Shown piece by piece: positions 13,005 to 24,626 of a DNA stretch of 64,000 nucleotides (its first letter is position 1; the number at the start of each line of letters is the position of its first letter). Position numbers and translations under genes: made by a program. The notes under the pieces were generated by a model. That model was not told where the DNA came from. It did not search any database and saw only the letters and a program-made list of their open reading frames with translations. Where the stretch lies: positions 66,280,001 through 66,344,000 of the forward strand of contig CM059438.1 in NCBI GenBank assembly GCA_030390025.1, written 5' to 3'. The stretch comes from Squalus acanthias. Its lineage: Eukaryota.

Positions 13005-13198
13005 TGTGGTAACACAATACAGCTTCCTGTGACTCGAACTTTATTGCATCACTTCCTGTGATTAGTCCAGGATAAATACTGGACTGAGCAGTTGGATCCT
13101 GGAGAGGCATAGAGTAAGACCTCTTTTGTATGTAGCACCTTTTTAGTTGATTAAAGCTTACTTTAAGTTCACCACGCGTAAGGCTCATTCTTACGACA
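13005..13198 (+). repeat. 5' LTR
   Basis: TGTGGTAA...TTACGACA; reads identical to 17252-17445. Confidence 0.97.
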
Positions 13199-13199
13199 A

Positions 13200-13210
13200 T
13201 TTAATCAACT
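13200..13210 (+). promoter_or_regulatory. Putative self-priming primer-binding site
   Basis: TTTAATCAACT is the exact reverse complement of AGTTGATTAAA at 13145-13155; no TGG-initiated tRNA PBS follows the LTR. Confidence 0.6.
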
Positions 13211-13276
13211 TTGAAAAACTTCGCACTCAAACTTTTTGGACGAACTCGGAACTAAGGATCCAGGGAATCACCCATC

Positions 13277-16200
13277 ATGGAAAACATCCTTAAACCATCG
13301 CGTCTTGACTTGGACCCAAACACCCCAGCAGCCGGTAAGGTGTGGAAACACTGGTATCACACGTTTGACAATTTTCTCGAATATTGCAAGACTGATGATG
13401 ACACAAAGTTGCGGATACTCATCAACTGTGTCACTCCGAATGTATTTCAGTATGTTGAGGAATGGGGCAGTTACGAGGAGGCAATTCGGACGCTTAAAAG
13501 ACTATATACTAAGACACCGAATGAGGTCTATGCCAGACATCTACTAGCTACAGCCCAACAAGGGCCGGAGGAATCCATTGATAAATTCCTCCAAGAGCTT
13601 CGCAGACTTAGTATGGACTGTAACTTTCAGGCGGCCTCAGCTGAGCTGTACCGTGAAGAAATGATCCGTGATGCTTTCATCTGCGGGCTTGCCTCCCCAT
13701 TTATACGCCAGCGTCTACTGGAAAGTAAGACACTTGAGCTTCAGAGAGCTTATGACATGGCTTGCTCTCTAGATCTGGCAAAAAGAAATGCAGACCTTTA
13801 TACAGTGCCCAGACCTCGGTCTGCTGCCTTAACTACAGTCAGGCAATTTAAGAGGCCACAGGTGAACTCTATTAGGGAGGACTTTATCCCTGACGATCAA
13901 TCTGATGACTTCACTGATGAAGAGGATGATGACCCCACTGTGGCAGCCTCTTGGCAATCTAAGAAATGCTTCTTTTGTGGTGATGAGTTTCACCCTCGGA
14001 AATTCTGCCCTGCTCGCAATGCGTTTTGCAGTCATTGCAACAAAAAGGGTCATTTTGCAAAGGTTTGCCTATCAAGAGCCTCTACGAGGGCTTATCAAGC
14101 TAAGTCCTACCGAACTGCCCCGGTAAGGGCCTATCAAGATGTTCCGGCTAAAATCTATCGTGCTTCCTCTCGGGTTTTCTCTCGAAGAAACACACCTAGA
14201 GTTTCAGCCACTCTTTGTGCAACGACACCAATTACAGCTGCTTGTCCTCAGAACCTATTCCATGCAGCTACAAAAGCATCAATTAATGGACATACTTTAG
14301 ATGCCTTAATTGACTCAGGTAGCACTGATAGTTTCATTAGGGAACAGATTGTTGCAGAGTTAAAGCTACATGTTTTCCCATCGGACCAGGCAATTGCGAT
14401 GGCTCAGTCATCACTTAATACCAGAATTTCTGGCTTTTGTATGGTTGAAATAACACTTAATGGTCACAGGTATCCCTCCACCCGGCTTTCGGTGCTCAAG
14501 GATTTATGTAGTGATCTTATCTTAGGGCTGGATTTTCAAAAGCAGCATAAGAAGCTCACCATTGAGTTCGGCGGATCCAAACCTGAACTCACTATTTCTA
14601 ATATACGACCTCGATTACCATTCTGTGCATTGTCAGCAGCTTCACTGGATGAACCCTCACTGTTTACCAGTATCCCTCCTCGATGCAAACCGATTATAAC
14701 AAAGTCACGACGTTTCAGTCAGGAAGACCAGTCTTTTATTGCGGCTGAGATTTCTCGGCTTTTAGCAGAGGATATCATCGAGCCTTGTTCGTCGCCATGG
14801 CGCGCCCAGGTCGTTATTGTTAAGAACCCTCTACAACCTCACAAGAAACGGCTGTGCATTGACTATTCACAGACCATCAATCAATATACGGACTTGGACG
14901 CATACCCATTGCCGCGCATCGATGATATGGTTAATAAACTGGCTGAGTACACGGTGTTCTCATCATATGATCTGAAAAGTGCCTATCATCAGGTACCCTT
15001 GAAGGTCTCAGACAAGCAGTATACGGCCTTTGAAGCCAATGGACGGCTGTATCAATTTCGTCGCCTCCCCTTTGGGGTCACTAATGGAGTGGCTGTCTTC
15101 CAGCGAGCAATGGATGACCTGGTCAAACAGGAAGACTTGAAGGATACGTTTCCTTATCTGGACAATATTACTGTCGCAGGTCGCAATCAGCGGGAACATG
15201 ACGCCAATCTCCAACGATTTTGGGATGCACTCCAGCACCGTAATTTGACATTAAATGCGGCTAAATCCATTGAGTCACAACCAACCATCAACATCCTTGG
15301 CTATTGTGTGGGCAATGGCATCATTAAACCTGACCCTGAAAGGCTTCGCCCACTCCAAGAACTCCTGCCACCTAAGAATCCGGCCTCCTTGCGCCGGGCC
15401 CTCGGCCTGTTTGCATACTATGCTAAATGGATTCCTAACTTCTCGGACCGAATCCAACCTCTACTGAAGGCCAGCACATTCCCACTAGACACAGCGGCTG
15501 TTGCAGCCTTTAACCTCCTGAAAAAACAGTTGGAGAAAGCGGCTCTTCACTCCATCGATGAGAGTCTTCCTTTTGTGGTTGAGTGTGATGCCTCGGAGGT
15601 GGCGATCTCGGCCACTCTGAATCAGGAAGGTCGTCCGGTGGCATTTTTGTCCAGGACTTTTCAAGGGGCTGAGCTACATTATCCTCCAGTCGAGAAAGAA
15701 GCTACAGCCATCATAGAGGCAGTACGGAAGTGGACTCATCTCCTAGCTCGCCAGCACTTTACCTTAATCACGGACCAGCGATCGGTCGCCTTCATGCTCG
15801 ATAATCGAAAACGGACCAAAATTAAAAATAATAAAATCCAGCTTTGGCGGCTGGAATTGGCCTCTTTTGGTTACACCATCCACTATCGACCTGGCAAGGA
15901 GAATGTGGCTCCGGATACCCTCACACGAGCATTCTGCTCCGCCATGGCACCCTCTACGCTCGTAGACATCCATGATGGGTTGTGTCATCCGGGCGTTACT
16001 CGCATGTTACACTTCGTGCGGTCCCGAAATCTCCCATTCTCTACCGGGGATGTAAAGAAGATGTGCTCGGACTGCAGAGTCTGTGCGGAATTGAAACCTC
16101 AGTTTTTCCGCCCCTCGGGTGGTATACTCATACATGCGACCCAGCCAATGCAACGGCTTAGCATCGATTTTAAGGGGCCGTTGCCCTCTTCAACTCGCAA

Positions 16201-17233
16201 CACTTATCTATTGACCATGGTCGATGAGTATTCCCGTTTTCCGTTTGCCTTTCCCTGCCCCAATATGCTGACGACCACGGTTATCAGCTGCCTTGAGCAG
16301 GTATTTGCTTTCTGTGGCATGGCATCCTATGTTCATTCGGATCGGGGCCCTTCTTTTATGTCAGGAGAACTCAAGGCCTATCTCTCGGAACGGGGTATTG
16401 CTGCCAGCAGAACGACGCCTTATCATCCGGTCGGGAATGGGCAAGTCGAGCGTTTTAACGCTATCATCTGGAATGCGGTACGTCTGGCTTTGAGATCTCG
16501 GGGCCTACCCAACCAGCAATGGGAAGCAGTACTTCCAGACGCATTACACTCCACACGGTCCCTCCTTTCGACCGCCACAAATACGACGCCTCATGAACGG
16601 TTCTTCCGATTTCAGCGTCGCTCATCCTATGGGATATCTCTCCCGTCGTGGCTGACTGCACCGGGACCAGTGCTATTCCGAAGATATGTCCGGGCGTCTA
16701 AGAATGACCCCCTGGTAGATGAGGTTGAGCTCACTGACGTCAACCCTACCTACGCCTATATTCGGTATCCTGACGGTCGGGAATCTACCGTGTCATTGCG
16801 GGATCTGGCTCCCTGCCCGCCGAAACATAGAGGGACACCAGGGGATGATATTGTACCAGGCACATCTCTGGGCTCGCCAGGTGCCTCTCATCACGATCTG
16901 GATCTGACGCCGGCTGGTACCTCACTCCAGCGTGCCGACCTGGGGCAGACTGACTATGAGCCCGTCGGGGCTCGCACGCGCAGCCACGATCCACCCCGTA
17001 CCATACGCTTGGAAACGGATCTGCCACAGCCCTGTCCGACACCCATTCGGGCACCAGTACACAGTCAGGATCGTCCTGACCCCTCACAGAGCGGGCTGGA
17101 TCTCTCGGACTCTGGTCCACGGCCCGCGGCGGGTAAACGGGCTAGGGGCCCTCTACCGCTACGAGAACCCAAACGGGTGCGGCTCTCCCTCGTCCGACGG
17201 CTACGAAATGGAGGGAGCATCCCGGCCTCCTAA
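13277..17233 (+). CDS. Gypsy gag-pol polyprotein (Gag with two CCHC knuckles, aspartic protease, RT, RNase H, integrase)
   Basis: CFFCGDEFHPRKFC and CSHCNKKGHFAKVC; LIDSGS; DLKSAYHQ, LPFG, YLDN; CDASE..EKEA..TDQ; IHDGLCHPG..CRVC, IDFKGP, SDRG, GQVER. Confidence 0.96.
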   Translation: MENILKPSRLDLDPNTPAAGKVWKHWYHTFDNFLEYCKTDDDTKLRILINCVTPNVFQYVEEWGSYEEAIRTLKRLYTKTPNEVYARHLLATAQQGPEESIDKFLQELRRLSMDCNFQAASAELYREEMIRDAFICGLASPFIRQRLLESKTLELQRAYDMACSLDLAKRNADLYTVPRPRSAALTTVRQFKRPQVNSIREDFIPDDQSDDFTDEEDDDPTVAASWQSKKCFFCGDEFHPRKFCPARNAFCSHCNKKGHFAKVCLSRASTRAYQAKSYRTAPVRAYQDVPAKIYRASSRVFSRRNTPRVSATLCATTPITAACPQNLFHAATKASINGHTLDALIDSGSTDSFIREQIVAELKLHVFPSDQAIAMAQSSLNTRISGFCMVEITLNGHRYPSTRLSVLKDLCSDLILGLDFQKQHKKLTIEFGGSKPELTISNIRPRLPFCALSAASLDEPSLFTSIPPRCKPIITKSRRFSQEDQSFIAAEISRLLAEDIIEPCSSPWRAQVVIVKNPLQPHKKRLCIDYSQTINQYTDLDAYPLPRIDDMVNKLAEYTVFSSYDLKSAYHQVPLKVSDKQYTAFEANGRLYQFRRLPFGVTNGVAVFQRAMDDLVKQEDLKDTFPYLDNITVAGRNQREHDANLQRFWDALQHRNLTLNAAKSIESQPTINILGYCVGNGIIKPDPERLRPLQELLPPKNPASLRRALGLFAYYAKWIPNFSDRIQPLLKASTFPLDTAAVAAFNLLKKQLEKAALHSIDESLPFVVECDASEVAISATLNQEGRPVAFLSRTFQGAELHYPPVEKEATAIIEAVRKWTHLLARQHFTLITDQRSVAFMLDNRKRTKIKNNKIQLWRLELASFGYTIHYRPGKENVAPDTLTRAFCSAMAPSTLVDIHDGLCHPGVTRMLHFVRSRNLPFSTGDVKKMCSDCRVCAELKPQFFRPSGGILIHATQPMQRLSIDFKGPLPSSTRNTYLLTMVDEYSRFPFAFPCPNMLTTTVISCLEQVFAFCGMASYVHSDRGPSFMSGELKAYLSERGIAASRTTPYHPVGNGQVERFNAIIWNAVRLALRSRGLPNQQWEAVLPDALHSTRSLLSTATNTTPHERFFRFQRRSSYGISLPSWLTAPGPVLFRRYVRASKNDPLVDEVELTDVNPTYAYIRYPDGRESTVSLRDLAPCPPKHRGTPGDDIVPGTSLGSPGASHHDLDLTPAGTSLQRADLGQTDYEPVGARTRSHDPPRTIRLETDLPQPCPTPIRAPVHSQDRPDPSQSGLDLSDSGPRPAAGKRARGPLPLREPKRVRLSLVRRLRNGGSIPAS

Positions 17234-17239
17234 TCTTTT

Positions 17240-17251
17240 GGGGGGGGAGAA
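17240..17251 (+). promoter_or_regulatory. Polypurine tract
   Basis: GGGGGGGGAGAA immediately before the 3' LTR. Confidence 0.9.
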
Positions 17252-17445
17252 TGTGGTAACACAATACAGCTTCCTGTGACTCGAACTTTATTGCATCACT
17301 TCCTGTGATTAGTCCAGGATAAATACTGGACTGAGCAGTTGGATCCTGGAGAGGCATAGAGTAAGACCTCTTTTGTATGTAGCACCTTTTTAGTTGATTA
17401 AAGCTTACTTTAAGTTCACCACGCGTAAGGCTCATTCTTACGACA
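17252..17445 (+). repeat. 3' LTR
   Basis: Reads identical to the 5' LTR; followed by TSD CTGAA. Confidence 0.97.
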
Positions 17446-18821
17446 CTGAAGATGGGAAGTAAGTTTATGAGAGGGTGTTACTGAATAGTGATAAATGGGA
17501 ACCCTGATTTTTCATCTCTCTAACATTGGGCACCAAGGCCAGTTATATCACCGTCAATGTCATTCCGCCTGAGATCACCTAACTGAGCACAGACTGGAGA
17601 TTGAGTTTAGACCCTTTGGGTCTCTGGCTTGGCTTCACATTGAGCAATGAAATTTACCAAGTGAGCCAGCAGGGAGCTGCCAACTTTATTTTTTTTATCT
17701 TGCTCCTTAACTTTTCATCAGGAATAGGCCAACAGTGCAGGGAAAAAAAAGGAACATTTTCCCAGTTGCCACCGGCAGTAACAGCATTTAAAGCTCTTCA
17801 TGAAGTACCGTGAGGCCCAGATTTATTCAAGCTCCTCTGCATAACTTGGTAACTTGGCTCAACCATCACACCAATGGAAGGAGACGAATTAGCGTCTCAC
17901 TTAAAAAAAAATGTCCATGTTCCTCATTTTTATGGTCTCCCTGAAGTCAGACAACTAATGCGCTGTTAAATTGTTGAAGCAGCTCTGTGCTGATTACTCC
18001 TGTCCAGTGGCAGATGGATTACAATTGCTGAAACTTGATTCAATTAGTATTTAACAGTAGTGGTATAGAGGACATCTGGGTTGCGTTTGAACCCAGATCC
18101 CAGAAGTGAAAGTGTGCTGCTCTAACTCGATGCTCTATTATGTGCCCAAATCACTCACCTCACTGCAATTACTGGGAGGGTGCAATATTAATCCAATGAG
18201 AGAATATTGGAACTACCCACCATCTAGAGGATCTGATAGAAAACATGGAAAAACTTAAGCTTTGAACTGTATTTTTGAAAGAATTATATAAATGTTATAC
18301 ATCTTGACAGGCACGAGTTTAATACTCCTCATGGGGACTTTCAGCTTACTGAATAAGATGCTATTCTGCAGCTGGTAATGCTGTTGTGACAAAAATCTCA
18401 AACTCATTTCAATGTAATATATTTTTTTTAAATACTGGCCAATTTCCTGTGGCGTTGCCCACGGGGAGTCAAGACCAAGTGTAGTCTTCAGGTGAAATGT
18501 TGTTAGTGGGTGGGAGATCATTGGACCAGCGTGTGCAGATGCAATTCAGTCAGCATTTTCAAGTCACACATTCTGTTCTTATTTTTAGATATATTTCCAT
18601 TATAAATTGCCATGTCCACATTTATAATTGAAATTGCCTGTGTGGACGCGGTTGGCTGTAATTACACCCTCCCACCAGTGGTGATGCTACAGTGCCAATA
18701 CTGACGAGACAATCTAATTGCAGTGTAACATAGCGGTTACCATCATAAATATAGATGTCATAGATATTTTCCATCCCACATTTTATTTCAAGAAACTGAG
18801 TATTACAAAATAAGTACGTTA

Positions 18822-19900
18822 CAAGTTGAGTTCTTTGAAGAGGTGACAGGTATAGTGAGTGGGGAAATGGGGTGGATGTGATCTACATGGACTTTAAGAA
18901 AGCCTTTGACATAGTACTGGATAGGAAGCGAATAGAGAAGTTTAAGGAGTATGGAATTAGGGGAATAGTATCAAACTGGATGTAAGAACTAGTTAGAAGG
19001 GAGGAAGTAGAGAGCACGAGTTAAGGGCAGTTTTGCAGAGTGGTAGAAATAGGTAGCAGTGTCCCACAGGGTTCTGTTCTGGGACTGCTTCTGTTTCGAG
19101 ATGTCCATCAATGATTTGTATATAGGGCTGGACGGAGCGGTGTCCAAATTAGCAGATGATATGTAAATAGGAGGCAGAATAAATAATCCTGAGTATCAAA
19201 GGAAGCTGCAAGGGGATATCGATAAGATGGGGGATGGGCAGAAAAATGATGGATGGAATTTAATGTCAGTAAGTGTGGGATGATACATTGCAGTTAAAAT
19301 AAATATATATATACTTCGAATGGGCGAAGATTGAGTGATGTGAAAGAGCAGAAAATCTGGGGATCAGTTTCATAAGATATTAAAAACAAACACATCAAGT
19401 GGATAAGGCCATAAAAAATCAACTGGAATACTGGGTTTTATAGCAAGAGATATAGAATATAAATGTTGAAATGTAATGGTGAATCTGTGTAAAACCACAA
19501 TTAGACTACTGTGTGCAATTTTGGGTTTCACAACATAGGAAGGATGTTAAGGCAATAGAGAGGGTGTAGAGCAGATTCACTAGGATGCTGTCTGGTATGA
19601 GGAAATAAAAATACATCGGAAGATGTGAAAAATTGGGGCTGTTTTTGTTGGATCAGAGGAGATAATGGGGCGATTTGATAGAGGTGCTGTAAATACAAGA
19701 TTAAATGCAAGAAAGTTAGGGTAGAGAGCAGGAGAAGCCTTTTTGGGTTGTAAGGTTGTAGAATGTACTACTAGAGTAGGTGATTGAAGCAGAGACCTTG
19801 TCAGCTTTTAAGAATAGCTTAAATAGGTGATTGAAGGAAAGTGGGATAAAAGGATATGGTAACAGGGTGGGCGCATGGGAATAGGCCTACTGGTTGTGGT
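18822..19900 (+). mobile_element. Old, heavily degraded CR1 fragment
   Basis: tacatggactttaagaaagcctttgac, gtcccacagggttctgttctggg, gcagatgat (RT motifs with stops). Confidence 0.8.
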
Positions 19901-20914
19901 CTTTGTGGCATCCTGGATAGCTTCCCAAACCAGTTGCATTTGGTGGAGGACCACAAGGTGGGTACAGGTATGCCAACCTGGCCACATGCTCTCCGACAGA
20001 GAGGGGCAGCACCTATGGACGTTCAATTGGTGTGGAATTGCTGTTGGGTCATGGATTGTTTTCAGTCTTTAAGTTACTTTCACGTTTAAATGAACATTAC
20101 ACTACACTTCATAGACGTTACTAATTTAATTGAATTAATTATAAGATGTACAAACCTTAATTATTTGACACATTGTTGCAGTACTTAACACAATTTTCCA
20201 ATATTCTTTCTGTAACAGTCTAGTGATCTTTCCATTTTTGGTCCATTGTGTTTGACAAATGCAGGTAAGGCTTGACTGACAACATGAGGGGTGTCACATT
20301 CCACACAGTGAGTGTTTGAAGCTGTTATGCATGTTGGTCAAATATCTATAAGATGGAAACTTTTTAACCAGCCAATAGACCTTTACCATTCATGTGAAAA
20401 TGGAGGTCTAATTTAATTTGTAATTGGTATATGTACCGTGTGACTAATTAGCATAATTCATTAATATTAGCATAATAAATCTTATCTGATTTGTAACGCT
20501 AGACATTATAGTTTCTGCTTTACAGGAAAGTCCATTATGAAATTTCCAGGATCTGCATGTGCGAGTTGCATGAAATTAGCATCGTTCAGTCATTGCAAGA
20601 TGCTCAGCCGATAAGAGGAGAGCAAAGATAGTATGTGGTAGGTCTATTTTGTTGGGGAAGATGTACTCTGCAATTAACTGAATGTAAAGGGTAATTCCAC
20701 AATCCTGTGCTCCCAGTGGTGATCCACACTCACTGGGAGTGTGAGTCAGAGATCAGGCGAAGATGTTGTAGCGTTGACTATCTGGCCTGCACTCGATGCG
20801 AGCTGAGCTCCACAGTGGTAGTGCGGCATTGTGGACGTATTCCTTTAGTGCATTCCTTTCGATTTCTTTTTTATATGCATTACATTCCTAGGGTAGAATT
20901 TCCAGCTCCTGAAG

Positions 20915-21280
20915 TAAAGAAGGAAAAATTTGCATTCTATAGCGCCTTTCACGACCTCAGGACGTCCCAAAGCGCTTTACAGCCACTGAAGTACTTTTTG
21001 AAGTGTGGTCACTGTTGTAATGTAGACTTTGTGCACAGCAAGCTCCCACAAACAGCAAAGCGATAAATGACCAGATCATCTGTTTTAGTGATGTTGGTTG
21101 ATGGATAAATGTTGGTCAGGACACCGGGGAGAACAGCACTGCTCTTCTTCGAAATAGTGTCATGGAATCTTTTACGTCTTCCTGAGAGGACAGACGGGGC
21201 CTTGGTAACGTCTCATCTGAAAGATGGCACCTCCGACTGTGCAACTTTCCATCAGTACTGCACTGGAGTGTCGGCCTAGG
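20915..21280 (-). mobile_element. DeuSINE (SacSINE1-like), head missing
   Basis: Colinear with 1846-2230. Confidence 0.75.
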
Positions 21281-23189
21281 TACTTTCCTGGTCCCCCGTC
21301 ACACAATCCAATATTTTGTCCTTTTATTCTGAAAGCACCAACTTGTTGGGATATGTTCCAGGTGCTGGAGTTACGTCAGGATCTTGTCCACTTAGCTTTT
21401 AACCTAGACATTGAGCATGGTCTACAGTGATCTGTATTACAACCATGGTACTGTTCTTGTCTGAGGTTCACACAGGGGCACGTACCAGTAGGGAAAACTG
21501 GAGCCCCAATCATTTTTATTGTGGCTGCTTACTTCCCTGTAAGCTTAGAAGTCCCGAGGTCAATGGTAGCACCCTTTCCATTGGCACAGCTGAAATCAGT
21601 GAACTTAACACAGCTTAATACATTCCTGATTTTTGTGGCTCAGTTATACACTTTCCCAACTGAGCTATTTGGGGAGTTACAAATGAAAACATGGCATGTT
21701 AACCCTGATGCCGATGCTGTTCCTCTCTACCCCTCTGACACTTCATCGAGCGATACTTGAATTGGAGATCATGTATCATACTTCGGAGGACTGAGGCTTC
21801 AGTCATTTTATGACCATGGATGGAATTTGTATTTGGAATGGGGATCTTTGGAATTTCAATGTTGCTTGATGCCTGTTGGACACTTTCTATGTTTTAGTTT
21901 GCATCAACTTTATATACTAATTGCAGAAGTTTATTAAACAGAGCGTAAAGCATATGCAACAGTTGGAAAGCTCAAATGGAACAAAAATCCATCAATGTGT
22001 CAAGGTGACCAATTCCCATTGTCAATTGAACATGACTACAAAAACTATTAGCTGACAAAAAAAATTCATGTTATTTGTTTCGCTCATGAAACTTTCCCTG
22101 TCCTTCATGCTTTGTTGACTAAAATAATGCTGTTTGTTAACGTTGCCAGAGCCACCATTCTGGTACATTCTGAGGCTGGAAGGCTTTCCACTATTCATAG
22201 ATCATAAGCATCTTCATGGATACACAGGCTCGATCAGAGCACTGTGTCAGAGATAAAGGGGCAGAATCTAATTAGTTTTACAAAGAGGTTGCTGCAGATC
22301 AGGAATGCACTTTAGTCACCCTGCTGGTTAGCTTTTTCATTGACTGCGTGTCGCAACATGCTGTGAAGTGAATAGTGAGCAATGTATTATTATGGGAAGA
22401 AATAGCAACACAATGCCCCTCAGCTGGAGCCCAACCTGAACTTGACAGGTTACATCACGGGTTGTAGAAAATGATCCGTGCGGAAAGTCAAGGATGACAC
22501 CAAAACATCTGTAGAACTGTGAGATTGATGATGATGATGGTGAGGAGGAAGTTATACAAAACTTGCTGGCAAGTGATCGTTACATAACTAAGGGTAAGGG
22601 CAGCATGAAGATGATAAACTATTTCAATTACTTGGTTCAGCTATTGCATAGAATTGATTCATTAAGGAATTAAACTTTGTCATTGAAATATTAAGAAAAA
22701 TTGGGATTGGTAGATAATCTTCTTGTCACTGAAAGTTAAAGTTAAGGTCTGCAGTGCAGTCATTCTGACCTTGCTATTTTACTCCCAGGCCCCTACTTGC
22801 ACAAAATGCTGGAGCAGCAGGACTGAGGTGATGCAAACCTGATGCAGCCAACAGAAAGTCCTCGTAATAAAAATTGATGGAGCCATAAAATGTGCACGTT
22901 ATTTTGCTTTCGAAATAAATAATGAATAACTTATTGCAGTAATTGGAATTAATTTAATTTGCCTCTTTTCCCAATCCATCCTGTGACAGTCCAATCTCTG
23001 TCACATTGGCAATTCTTGCCCTTTCAAGTACCAAGCACTTCCTGGGGAGGGATAGCAGAGCTAGTTGTAGAGTAAAACTCTCTCAACTTTGCTTCCTCAA
23101 TGTCCCTCATCTGGGACAGTTAGCCTTCTGTGGAGCAATATAACGACACTAAGGTGGGTGCAGTTTGATATGCAATCTTTGTAACTGTA

Positions 23190-23543
23190 TCATAGAATCA
23201 TCATAGAATCATAGAAATTTACAGCACGGAAGGAGGCCATTCGGCCCATTGTGTTTGCGCCGGCCAACAAAGAGCTATCCAGCCTGCCAGCTCTTGGTCT
23301 GTAGCCTTGTAGGCCACGGCACTTCAAGTGCATATCCAAGTACTTTTTGAATGTGGTGAGAGTTTCTGCCTCTACCACCCTTTCAGGCAGTGAGTTCCAG
23401 ACCCCCACCACCCTCTGGGTGAAAAAAATTCCCCTCAAATCCCTTCTAAACCTCCTACCATTTACTTTAAATCTATGCCCCCTGGTTGTTGACCCCTCTG
23501 CCAAGGGAAACAGTTCCTTCCTATCCACTCTATCGAGGCCCTA
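23190..23543 (-). mobile_element. CR1 3' end
   Basis: ORF 23190-23528: FFTQRVVGVWNSLPE; catagaat tail repeats. Confidence 0.88.
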
Positions 23544-23785
23544 TCAGCAAACCTATTATTAGTACATGTAATGGTGTTTGGCATATGTGTTGAAAATAGC
23601 AAGTATTCCTTTAAGCCAAATGCCGGCTAGCCAGGAATGAGCTGAAACAAGGTAAAGGTCAGGTGTAGTCATTATAGATTCAGGTAGGACTTGGTCTCAA
23701 CCCTCTCCCCACAGTCACTACCGATGGTTCTGAATGGGATTGGTGATTATAGGAATAAATGGAGACTGAGCTGATGGGTCACAAT

Positions 23786-24537
23786 GGGAGTGATTTTGCC
23801 AATGGGGAGCTTTTGGAGGCGGGACTCCCACTTGTCGTGTTTCAGTCCCGCCTCCATCGACTTCTGGCCAACCCACGCTATTTTCCCTTGATTGACCTTG
23901 TTAAGCCCGCCCAGCGGGCTTAGCAGGTCAATTAAGGGAAAGCCGGTTGCAGCGAGCATCAACGTATGATGTTACATCTGTAAAATTTTTGACAGATGAA
24001 TTGTCATCATTTGACAGCTCTGTGAAGCTGTCAAACACTGACATTCTCTGTAGTTTGATGAGTTCTTGAATTCAAGACCTCATCAAACCTCTTTCTTTTG
24101 CAGAAATGAGTTGGTTGTTGTATTGGAGAATGCAACGGCCATCTGTCATCTCTGTCGCGGAGGTGCGAGACTCTCCGCATACCCAAGGATTGAAGCCTGC
24201 AGGAAGAAACAAAGGCAAGTACACTTTTACTAACACTTTCCACTTACCTCAGATACTCACCTGTCCACACTTGCACCCATCACATACCTCCACAGCACAC
24301 TCTTGGACCCCTCCGACCCCCGCAGACCCATTACTCGCCTCGGTGACCCTGGCGCGGTTCGGAGCCTTCGGGAAGCCCGCACTTCAGGGCTCAAAATGGG
24401 GATAATCCTCTTATCTGCCTGTAACAGGCAGTTAAGTGGCACTAATCCCCTTCCCGCCTCCAAGGAGACAGGACCCAGCACCCGCCCCCAAATCCCGCCT
24501 CCATACCCGCCTCCCCAGGGCTGGCAAGATCGTGCCC
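23786..24537. mobile_element. Harbinger-type MITE, family B
   Basis: GGGAGTGATTTT...AAGATCGTGCCC, TSD AAT/AAT; internally similar to 33397-34242 and 45849-46692. Confidence 0.8.
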
Positions 24538-24626
24538 AATGGTTCCTGTGCTGCTGGAGTGGGGCACAATGCTATCTGGTAGACAATAGAGCATGGTTAA
24601 ACATTGCAGATGTGGGGATAGACATT

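Larger units (their letters stand above)
13005..17445 (+). mobile_element. Full-length Ty3/Gypsy LTR retrotransposon
   Basis: Two 194-bp TG...CA LTRs, 5-bp TSD CTGAA (13000-13004 and 17446-17450), polypurine tract, intact gag-pol ORF with PR-RT-RH-IN order. Confidence 0.97.

Noticed and set aside
22514..22600. Acidic peptide DDDDGEEEV followed by G|GTAAG
   Set aside because: Arises from a (GAT)n/(GAG)n microsatellite and lacks a pyrimidine-rich acceptor
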